DNA of 64,000 nucleotides. Origin: Patescibacteria group bacterium. Its GTDB lineage: Bacteria > Patescibacteriota > Patescibacteriia > PEXW01. Each line of letters opens with the position of its first letter. The first letter of the stretch is position 1. Under the pieces are notes generated by a model. The model was not told where the DNA came from. It saw only the letters and a list, made by a program, of their open reading frames with translations, and made no database searches. The stretch lies in assembly GCA_041671325.1 (NCBI GenBank), contig JBAZBR010000002.1, forward strand, positions 9,978-73,977, given 5' to 3'. Shown here in pieces: positions 17,630 to 24,512 of the stretch. The position numbers and the translations under genes were made by a program.

Positions 17630-19693
17630 CTATTCCGGGTGGATTAATAAGCCTTTTGCCTCAACAATGGTTTTTAAATACGAATTCACGTTTAATTCAG
17701 GGTCAGTTGATAACAATTTTTGGGCCGTTTCCTTGGTTTCTTCAATCAATTGTTTATCAGTGAGTCTAGCCACTTTAAAGGGCTGGAAGCCGCTTTGCAG
17801 CTCACCCCAGAGTTCACCCGGGCCACGCCGGTTCAAGTCTTCTTCAGCTAAAGCAAACCCGTCCATTAGCTTTGTCATGACTTTCAAACGCTCCAAGGTT
17901 TCTGGATCTTCGGAGCTGGTTGCCAAATAACAGATGCTTGGCAAGGCGGCCCGGCCAATGCGGCCGCGGAATTGGTGGAGCTGGGCCAAGCCAAAACTGT
18001 CGGCGCCTTCAATCAGCATGACCGTGGCATTGGGAATGTCTATGCCGACTTCAACCACGGCTGTGGCCACCAAAACATTGGTTTTGCCTTCAGAAAAAGC
18101 CGTCATAGCATTTTCTTTTTTGTCAGTGGATAATTTGCCGTGGATTAGGCCGACGTTAATTTTATTAAAAATTCCATTTTTCAATTTTTTAAATTCTTCC
18201 ACGGCTGACTTGATGCCAGCCGGGTCAGTTTCAATCCGGGGGCAGATTATGAAGGCTTGTTCGCCCTGTTCTACTCTTTCCAAAATTTTAAAATACGCTT
18301 CATCCCGGTTCCGGTCATCCAAGAGTTTGGTGGCGATAGGTTTTCTTTCTTTGGGCAAATGCGGGATTTGGGAAATGGAAAGGTCGCCCCAGACTGTCAA
18401 GGCTAAGGTCCGGGGAATGGGCGTGGCAGTCAAGGACAGGAAATGCGGAATGCCAATTTGGCTTTTGGAACGCATAATTTTTCTTTGTTCTACGCCAAAC
18501 CGGTGCTGTTCATCCACAATAACTAAAGCTAATTTGGCAAATGTAACATTTTTAGAAATCAAAGCGTGCGTGCCAATGACCAAATCAATTTGATGGTCGG
18601 CTAATTGTTTTAAAAAAATGGGCTTGCTAAGAGCTTTCTCCCCAATATTGGTTTTCCGGCTGGTGCGGGTAAATAATGCCACGCGCGTGCCAAAAGGCGA
18701 TAACAACTTTGAAAGTTTTTCAAAATGCTGGCGAGCCAGGATTTCCGTCGGCGCCAGATATGCAGTTTGGAAGCCAGCTTTAACCACATTTAAAATCGCA
18801 ATGGCGGCAACTACGGTTTTGCCTGAACCCACGTCGCCTTCTAAAAGCCGGTTCATAGGGTAGGGCTTGTCCATATCCTGCAAAATATCCCAGGCAGACC
18901 TTTTTTGGCCAGGAGTCAAGATAAAAGGCAATTTCTGGACAAAACTTACGGTTTCTTCCTGGTGGAAAGGAATCCTGACACTGGGACTTTTTTCAATTTT
19001 CTGTCTTTCCTTTAAAACTGCCAAATGCACAATTAACAATTCCTCAAAAGCCAAACGTCTTTTAGCCGCGGCAATGTCCTCAAAGCTTTTGGGTTGGTGA
19101 AGGAGTTTTAAAGCTAAATTGCCATTGATTAAACTATGTTTTTGCTCCAGATCAACGGGTAATAATTCTGGCAAATAGCTAGCTAAAGGCAGGGTTTGGT
19201 CAATGAAATTTCTTAACTGTTTTTGCGTCAGGCCATCAGTTAAAGGATAAATTGGGATAATTCCGGCAGCATTCAAGGGGTTATCGCGCTTTTCCCAAGC
19301 TGGGTTCATTAAGGTGGTGCCAAAATAGTTATGTTCAACCTTACCAGCCAGCCAAAGATTTTCGCCGGGAATGAGGATTTTTGCCAAATAGGGTTGGTTA
19401 AACCAAACTACTTTTAAAGAACCAGATTCATCAGCAATAATAGCTTCCACCACCAACATCCTCTTCCGTTTTTGCGCCCGGCGGGAGCTTATCAGTTGCA
19501 GTTTGCCCCTGACCGAAACCGTGGCGTTGCCTTTGATATCAGAAATTTTTTCTACTCGGGTCAAATCCTCATACCTATAAGGCAAATGCCAAATTAAATC
19601 CTGGCAAGTTTGGATTTTCAAACGTTTCAAACGGCTGGCCATGGTCGGGCCAACCCCGGCTAATTCCTTAATGGGCGAATTAAAAACAAGCAT
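17630..19693 (-). CDS. recG: ATP-dependent DNA helicase RecG
   Basis: 687 aa. GDVGSGKT Walker A. DEQHRFG DEAH-box. Wedge and helicase domains in the RecG pattern. Confidence 0.9.
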   Translation of the reverse strand: MLVFNSPIKELAGVGPTMASRLKRLKIQTCQDLIWHLPYRYEDLTRVEKISDIKGNATVSVRGKLQLISSRRAQKRKRMLVVEAIIADESGSLKVVWFNQPYLAKILIPGENLWLAGKVEHNYFGTTLMNPAWEKRDNPLNAAGIIPIYPLTDGLTQKQLRNFIDQTLPLASYLPELLPVDLEQKHSLINGNLALKLLHQPKSFEDIAAAKRRLAFEELLIVHLAVLKERQKIEKSPSVRIPFHQEETVSFVQKLPFILTPGQKRSAWDILQDMDKPYPMNRLLEGDVGSGKTVVAAIAILNVVKAGFQTAYLAPTEILARQHFEKLSKLLSPFGTRVALFTRTSRKTNIGEKALSKPIFLKQLADHQIDLVIGTHALISKNVTFAKLALVIVDEQHRFGVEQRKIMRSKSQIGIPHFLSLTATPIPRTLALTVWGDLSISQIPHLPKERKPIATKLLDDRNRDEAYFKILERVEQGEQAFIICPRIETDPAGIKSAVEEFKKLKNGIFNKINVGLIHGKLSTDKKENAMTAFSEGKTNVLVATAVVEVGIDIPNATVMLIEGADSFGLAQLHQFRGRIGRAALPSICYLATSSEDPETLERLKVMTKLMDGFALAEEDLNRRGPGELWGELQSGFQPFKVARLTDKQLIEETKETAQKLLSTDPELNVNSYLKTIVEAKGLLIHPE

Positions 19694-19750
19694 GTCTTAA
19701 TAATACACTACTTAATCCTTTGCACGAATTTAACAGCCAAAATTAGTTAG

Positions 19751-20143
19751 CTAGGTTTTTAATATGGCTTGGGCAGGGCAATTTGAGATGGCGGTTTGGA
19801 GCGCTGTTGAGCCTAAATTGTCCTCTGTTAAGACCGTTGCTTTACCCGTCCTTGGGTCTAAGGCAAAATGCTCAGGGTCAGTGCGCGTACACCTGCCGCA
19901 ACCAACGCAATTTGGGCTTATCATCAATATGGCTTCATCATCAGCATTATTGTTTGACGGTAGGTTTAGGTTGGTATTGCTTGCGCCATCATCAGACGCG
20001 TTGAGGGCTTCCTGGTTGTCTTGGTTAAGATTATTAGCGGTTTGTTGTTCTTTTTTACCAGCACAACCCGTTAAGACTATGGTGGATAAAACTGGGAATA
20101 AGACGGTTATAAAGGTTTTTTTTGTTTTATTTTTCATAAGCAT
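19751..20143 (-). CDS. lipoprotein with C-terminal single-cluster ferredoxin-like domain (CVGCGRC...CP)
   Basis: Signal peptide plus lipobox LTGC. Asn/Asp-rich linker. Fer4_13/15-like motif ISPNCVGCGRCTRTDPEHF...ISNCPAQAI. Confidence 0.5.
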   Translation of the reverse strand: MLMKNKTKKTFITVLFPVLSTIVLTGCAGKKEQQTANNLNQDNQEALNASDDGASNTNLNLPSNNNADDEAILMISPNCVGCGRCTRTDPEHFALDPRTGKATVLTEDNLGSTALQTAISNCPAQAILKT

Positions 20144-20465
20144 TTTTTTTCAGAGTTAATAAATAATACTTAATGTGCCAGCTGAAATGAAACAGCGCTA
20201 CGATGGCAAAAGCGATGCCGAATTCCACATGAACCCAAAGAAGTTTGGGATACCAAGATAACTTAAACTTTTGGTCAATACTGATGGCCAGGATCAAGCC
20301 AAACAAACCCGAAAAACCGGCAAATAAGGCCAAAATGATATTCCAGATTTTTCTGTTTCTAGACAGCTGACATCTTTTTGTTTTGACCAAAATAGTTGTG
20401 GCGAAATAAGCCAGCAAAACTAAAAGGATTATGGGTAAGGCATGATAATTGTTCATATTAATCAA
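20127..20465 (-). CDS. hypothetical small polytopic membrane protein (3 TM), likely co-transcribed with the ferredoxin-like lipoprotein
   Basis: Hydrophobic profile. 17-nt overlap with the downstream gene. Confidence 0.45.
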   Translation of the reverse strand: MINMNNYHALPIILLVLLAYFATTILVKTKRCQLSRNRKIWNIILALFAGFSGLFGLILAISIDQKFKLSWYPKLLWVHVEFGIAFAIVALFHFSWHIKYYLLTLKKNAYEK

Positions 20466-20598
20466 GAGTATTAAATCAACCTTTGTTTTTGCTTAGAATA
20501 AACTTTGTACATAAAAAATTGAAAAACCGTCGGAGGAGTTTCGGTAAATTAATTAAAATTTAATCACACGTCAATTCGAGTGGTTTTTTGGGGATGGT

Positions 20599-20868
20599 TT
20601 AAATTTCGGATTTAGTAAAATATTCTATCAGCATGGTACGTATTGTCGTTTTACCTTTTGCTGTTTTGAAGTATTTTTCCCTTCGTAGTGCATCATATTT
20701 ATTGGCATAAGCTTCAAAAAAAATTAAATCAAATGGTATACGCGGTTTTGTGGACGGAACCTTGCCTGAATTGTGCTGAATGAGTCGGTTAAATACATTA
20801 TCCGTAAAACCGATATAAAGACGTTTATCGCGCTTGCTTTGTAAAATGTAAACATAGAAATATTTCAT
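20599..20868 (-). CDS. stand-alone GIY-YIG nuclease family protein (90 aa)
   Basis: MKYFYVYILQS...LYIGFTDNVFNRLIQHN GIY-YIG motif. The ORF-track version (to 21018) reads through the tRNA; the internal Met at 20868 was chosen as start. Confidence 0.7.
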   Translation of the reverse strand: MKYFYVYILQSKRDKRLYIGFTDNVFNRLIQHNSGKVPSTKPRIPFDLIFFEAYANKYDALRREKYFKTAKGKTTIRTMLIEYFTKSEI

Positions 20869-20905
20869 AACATTTATAGTCAATGCAATGCACTGGGTGG
20901 CGGAG

Positions 20906-20927
20906 CCATGCACCGTACGGTGCATGG
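20906..20927. repeat. 20-bp perfect palindrome CATGCACCGTACGGTGCATG fused to the CCA end of tRNA-Ser(GCT). A second copy at 23039-23058 is fused to the tRNA-Ser pseudo-copy.
   Basis: Identical 20-mer at both loci, each immediately 3' of ...CTCTCCGCCA. Confidence 0.6.
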
Positions 20928-21016
20928 CGGAGAGTAGAGGATTCGAACCTCTGCGGGACTTTTTAGATCCCCGCGGTTTAGCAAACCGCTGCCTTAAGCC
21001 GCTCGGCCAACTCTCC
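20926..21016 (-). tRNA. tRNA-Ser (anticodon GCT), type II with long variable arm, CCA encoded
   Basis: GGAGAGTTGGCCGAGCGG...anticodon loop TTGCTAA...GGTTCGAATCC...ACTCTCCGCCA. Cloverleaf folds manually. Confidence 0.8.
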
Positions 21017-21159
21017 ACGGATCATCATGAACTTCACCCTTCGCATCCTCGCATTTGCGAGTTTGCTTCGGGTTTCGTTCGTGTGCTCCTCTCCCCATTG
21101 ATACCAAAGGTATCAATGGGGACCCCTAAAATAAATATTACAAAAGATTCATCCAGAAG

Positions 21160-21168
21160 TGCTATACT
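21160..21168 (+). promoter_or_regulatory. extended -10 element (TGcTATACT) 9 nt upstream of ATG of the 21178 gene, suggesting a leaderless or near-leaderless transcript
   Basis: TGnTATACT match. No SD between it and the ATG. Confidence 0.3.
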
Positions 21169-21177
21169 ATACCCAGT

Positions 21178-21681
21178 ATGGAACAGCGTACCAATGAATC
21201 CGAATCTATTCAAGACCAGATACTTTTAGAATGGGAATTCCCCTCTTTTGAAAAGCATAAACGGGGCATAGTCTGGTATTTGGTAATGCCGGTTATTTTT
21301 CTTGCGCTTTTAATTTGGACCATAATCATAAAAAATTTCCTTTTCTCAATAATCATAATCTTAATAGGGATTATCCTGGGTTCAAAAGAGTTTGTTCAGC
21401 CCCAAAGGGTAAAATTTTCAATTAAAGAATCTGGCATAATAATTGATGATAAATTTTACCGTTTTCGGGAATTTGATAAGTTTTGGATTGCCTATGAACC
21501 GCCAGAAATTAAAGTTTTGTACTTAGAATTTAAAACCGGGCTGAGGACAAATTATTCAATCCCTTTATTGGATCAAAATCCGCTTAAAGTCAGGACAATT
21601 TTGCAAAAATACATACTTGAAGATTTGGAAAGGGAAAGCGAAGATTTAACTGACCGTCTTGCCAGGCTTTTTAAGTTTTAA
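21178..21681 (+). CDS. hypothetical membrane protein (2 TM) with C-terminal soluble domain
   Basis: 167-aa ORF with ATG start. Confidence 0.5.
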   Translation: MEQRTNESESIQDQILLEWEFPSFEKHKRGIVWYLVMPVIFLALLIWTIIIKNFLFSIIIILIGIILGSKEFVQPQRVKFSIKESGIIIDDKFYRFREFDKFWIAYEPPEIKVLYLEFKTGLRTNYSIPLLDQNPLKVRTILQKYILEDLERESEDLTDRLARLFKF

Positions 21682-21829
21682 TTAACCTTGCGTGAATATT
21701 CAGGATATGGTACGAAAGTAAGGTTAGATTTTGTGCATTTATTAATTATTTACGCGCTCGTAGTCCCGTCCTCGACTTGCTAAATAAATTAAATCCCTTA
21801 AAAATCAGCATTAGAGAAAATTATTGTGC

Positions 21830-21906
21830 GCGCTCGTAGCTCAGCTGGATAGAGCGCAAGCTTGCGGAGCTTGAGGTCACAGGTTCAACTCCTGTCGAGC
21901 GCACCA
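21830..21906 (+). tRNA. tRNA-Arg (anticodon GCG as folded; anticodon assignment moderately certain), CCA encoded
   Basis: GCGCTCG-TA-GCTCAGCTGGATAGAGC-G-CAAGC-TTGCGGA-GCTTG-AGGTC-ACAGGTTCAACTCCTGT-CGAGCGC-A-CCA. Perfect acceptor and T arms. Confidence 0.7.
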
Positions 21907-22285
21907 CGCGTCAATCCTTGCGTCGGATTACGTGTGCTCATATTTATGAGCCCACTCCCCGCCTGCCTTCGCCAGACGAAGTACGGCGGACAGGCACCCT
22001 CTGCAAGGTTGCCGCTTTTCCTCATCCCGCCGTATGGCGGGACGTGCTCCTCCCCCTCGACTACGCTCGGGGTCGTGCGCGCCTCATTCGCGAGGCGTGT
22101 AAGCAGCCCGCTTACCCCAAATTTTCGATGATAATTTGGGGATCCCTTCTAATGATTTTATAAGCGTGCCGCTTTCCCCATTTCATCTTTGATGAAATGG
22201 GGATCCTAAAATTTGGAACCCTTAATAACTTAACCGCTATGTCGATTTTTCTCGCACTCAAGTTTTGCCGTGCGGAGTCATTAGT

Positions 22286-22314
22286 ATTGACAAAACAAGA
22301 AAATCCTGCTATCT
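22286..22314 (+). promoter_or_regulatory. sigma70-like promoter TTGACA-17nt-TATCTT upstream of the 22371 gene
   Basis: Hexamer and spacing match. Confidence 0.4.
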
Positions 22315-22370
22315 TTTAGCATTAACTGTAATTTCAGTAATTTTCTTTCTAACTTGATAGGAGGTCAACA

Positions 22371-22634
22371 ATGGGCTCGCAAAACGCAATGGTGGCTCTG
22401 CGTCGTGGGGAAGAGCTAGATTTAGGAGGCGTCCGAGTTAAGGCGGTTATGATCTCAGACGGAACTTTGGCCGAGGTTAAAGAGGGAGACCTATATGTTG
22501 CTGAACGCAACACTGGCCCTCATTTGCTGATAGCGGCCAAGATAGTGCCTCCTGGTCACGGAGGCTTTATTGTGCCAACAACGCCGGATTACGCTTTCGA
22601 TATCTGTGATTGCGTGGCGGTTGTCGAAGCCTAA
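22371..22634 (+). CDS. hypothetical small protein (87 aa), orphan gene with its own promoter, strong RBS (AGGAGGT) and terminator
   Basis: GGAGG 6 nt upstream of ATG. Terminator hairpin immediately downstream. Confidence 0.45.
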   Translation: MGSQNAMVALRRGEELDLGGVRVKAVMISDGTLAEVKEGDLYVAERNTGPHLLIAAKIVPPGHGGFIVPTTPDYAFDICDCVAVVEA

Positions 22635-22647
22635 CGCCCAGTCCCTA

Positions 22648-22686
22648 CCCGCCAGATTTTTTAGTCTGGCGGGTTTTCTCTTTTTA
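22648..22686 (+). terminator. rho-independent terminator (cccgccagat-tttttag-tctggcggg followed by a T-run)
   Basis: 9-bp GC stem plus TTTTCTCTTTTT. Confidence 0.6.
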
Positions 22687-22805
22687 TTTCAAGGTAAATG
22701 ATTTATCATACATTTACTGTTCACCGAATAGATTAGCCTGAGTCGGCTCTAAATTGGAGGCGTGCGAGAGTGGTTTAATCGGATGGTCTTGTCCTGCAGC
22801 GTGGC

Positions 22806-22893
22806 GGAGGGTTGGCCGAGTGGTCTATGGCGACGGTCTTGAAAACCGTTAGGGCGCAAGTCCTCGTAGGTTCGAATCCTACACCCTCCGCCA
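22806..22893 (+). tRNA. tRNA-Ser (anticodon TGA), type II, CCA encoded
   Basis: GGAGGGTTGGCCGAGTGG...CTTGAAA anticodon loop...GGTTCGAATCC...ACCCTCCGCCA. Confidence 0.85.
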
Positions 22894-22963
22894 CGAGTCG
22901 GGATCCCGCAGTCCTATATAAAAGATTTCTAAGAGCGGGAAAAACCCTGCCTGCCGGCAGGCA

Positions 22964-23040
22964 GGCGTTAGTGCGCAAGTCCTCGTAGGTTCGCCTGCCC
23001 GCCAAAGCGAAGCGTCGGCAGGAATCCCTCTCTCTCCGCC
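22964..23040 (+). pseudogene. tRNA-Ser 3'-half pseudo-copy: anticodon-stem 3' side, variable arm and T arm, with a 29-nt hairpin insertion (22993-23021) in the T-loop and an acceptor 3' end, CCA and trailer matching those of tRNA-Ser(GCT)
   Basis: 21-nt identity gcgcaagtcctcgtaggttcg with 22855-22875. The 3' end CTCTCCGCCA plus the palindrome CATGCACCGTACGGTGCATG is identical to the 3' end and trailer of the tRNA at 20926-21016. Confidence 0.5.
23004..23034 (+). repeat. direct repeat R0 (aaagcgaagcgtcggcaggaatccctctctc). Imperfect copies R1 at 23773-23827 and R2 at 24404-24446 bracket the UDG-like and lipoprotein genes.
   Basis: 26/31 identity between R0 and R1. R1 and R2 share ctgg(t/c)gc(a/g)gtaaactggc(t/a)attg(t/c)a(a/g)a(g/a)cgaagcgt. 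Confidence 0.5.
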
Positions 23041-23124
23041 ATGCACCGTACGGTGCATGACTCCGCAAGGACAATTTAGTATCGGATGACCCACGTGTCT
23101 CAAAAATTAAATTAAAAGAGATCT

Positions 23125-23691
23125 ATGAATAAAGAAATTCATAACTGTTTAAATATTCAATCAAAGCCACTTTCTTTCTTTTTTCAGAAAGGGTCGAGTA
23201 CTTTAGGCAAGAAAGTCCTTATACTTGGTGAATCTTTGGCAAGAAACGGCTGGTTAGAGTCAGGAAGGGCATTTTATAGTTTACAAAATAAGATTGTCCC
23301 AACCGGCAAACGCTTAAATGAAGAGCTATTGCTAATTCATATGACCCTTGAAGAATGTGCTTTTACAGAGATTGCAAAATGTTATATTAGTAGCAATCGA
23401 AAAAGGCTTGTAGAGTGCGGGTCTTTATGTGCTAGACACCTTCTGGAACAAATACATCACAATAAACCAAAGGTAATTTTATCCTTGGGGGTAGTTACAA
23501 AAGATATTCTGGAATCAACCTTTCAAACTAAATTACAAATGGGTAAGGCGAGTGAAGTTGTTTATAAAACCAAAAAATACTTACTTTTACCACTATTCCA
23601 CCCATCACCAGCAAACCCATTTGGGCATGCAAAAAATATCACAATAATTAATCGTAATAAAAATACACTAAAAAAATTAATTGGAGAGTAA
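23125..23691 (+). CDS. uracil-DNA glycosylase superfamily protein (family 4/5-like; motifs ILGESLARNGW and LFHPSPANP), low-GC gene
   Basis: UDG motif A/B analogues. N-terminal Cys pairs. Visibly more AT-rich than neighbouring genes. Confidence 0.45.
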   Translation: MNKEIHNCLNIQSKPLSFFFQKGSSTLGKKVLILGESLARNGWLESGRAFYSLQNKIVPTGKRLNEELLLIHMTLEECAFTEIAKCYISSNRKRLVECGSLCARHLLEQIHHNKPKVILSLGVVTKDILESTFQTKLQMGKASEVVYKTKKYLLLPLFHPSPANPFGHAKNITIINRNKNTLKKLIGE

Positions 23692-23847
23692 CCCCACGTC
23701 TCTCTTGTCTAATTTTAAACAACATAAAACCGGCTCAGCACCTGTTTTATGAAAATAAATTTTAAGCCACTGCTGGTGCAGTAAACTGGCTATTGTAAAG
23801 CGAAGCGTCGGCGGGAAGCCTTCTCTTTCAGTAACCGTAATTTAGCC

Positions 23848-23876
23848 TTGACAATAAGTCAAAATAGATTTATATT
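23848..23876 (+). promoter_or_regulatory. canonical sigma70 promoter TTGACA-17nt-TATATT upstream of the lipoprotein gene
   Basis: Perfect -35, 17-nt spacer, 5/6 -10. Confidence 0.5.
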
Positions 23877-23917
23877 TGTTTGAAAACATTTGTTCATTTT
23901 TTGACAAGGAGAAGAAC

Positions 23918-24316
23918 ATGTATCGTACGCGCGTGGCCAGCATAACGCTGGTGTTGCTGTCCGTAATGACTTTTTACGGATGTTCAATATTTCAGTCGGA
24001 TCCAATTTGGCGTTCGAATGATGGGCAAGTGTCGCTAAATATTGACAGCTTGGTGACTGCCGGGATGATCTCTGAGCAGCACCTAGCCAAGGGACTGCCC
24101 ACGGCTGACGGGATCTTTGACCAGTACAGTGTTGTACTGCCCCTTGATCGCGATGGAAACCTCAAACTAAGCATGGAAGACGTGGCATTGATTGATCGGG
24201 TTAAGGAGGCGTACGAAATTCAGGCCAAAACCATGAGGATCTACAATTGGCAAACCTGGAGAAACCAGAATGGGACAATACTGGGTGTAAGCTATTTCGT
24301 TGGCTCAAGGATCTAG
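23918..24316 (+). CDS. hypothetical lipoprotein (signal peptide plus lipobox ...TFYGC)
   Basis: RBS AAGGAGAAG upstream of ATG at 23918 (internal Met of the track ORF starting 23876). Terminator downstream. Confidence 0.5.
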   Translation: MYRTRVASITLVLLSVMTFYGCSIFQSDPIWRSNDGQVSLNIDSLVTAGMISEQHLAKGLPTADGIFDQYSVVLPLDRDGNLKLSMEDVALIDRVKEAYEIQAKTMRIYNWQTWRNQNGTILGVSYFVGSRI

Positions 24317-24336
24317 TCTTGCTTTTAAGTCAAACA

Positions 24337-24366
24337 AAAAAGCGGAGCAACAAGCCCCGCTTTTAT
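24337..24366 (+). terminator. rho-independent terminator (aaagcgg...ccccgcttt plus TTTT)
   Basis: Stem-loop followed by a T-run. Confidence 0.5.
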
Positions 24367-24512
24367 ATTGCCTGATTTATGGGTCGAAAAATTTAAACTA
24401 CTACTGGCGCGGTAAACTGGCAATTGCAGAACGAAGCGTTAAGGGGAATTTTTAAGATCCCGCCGCATGGCGGAGCTACGCCCCCTGCCATCGTTTTGCG
24501 TTTTTACTATAA

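Noticed and set aside
20599-21018. 139-aa version of the GIY-YIG ORF extending to 21018
   Set aside because: - The N-terminal 50 codons are an out-of-frame read-through of the tRNA-Ser(GCT) gene and its palindromic trailer (MHRTVHG from CATGCACCGTACGGTGCATG).
- The GIY-YIG domain starts at the internal Met (20868).
22879-23103. ORFs 22775-23074 and 22879-23103 (minus) over the tRNA-Ser(TGA) region
   Set aside because: They overlap a well-folded tRNA and its duplicated 3' half; these are reading-frame artefacts of GC-rich structured DNA.
23004-24446. Integron cassette array (attC sites) interpretation of the R0/R1/R2 repeats
   Set aside because: - Repeats lack the R''-L''/L'-R' imperfect-palindrome organisation and GTTRRRY core of attC.
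- No intI is present.
- Kept only as generic direct repeats.
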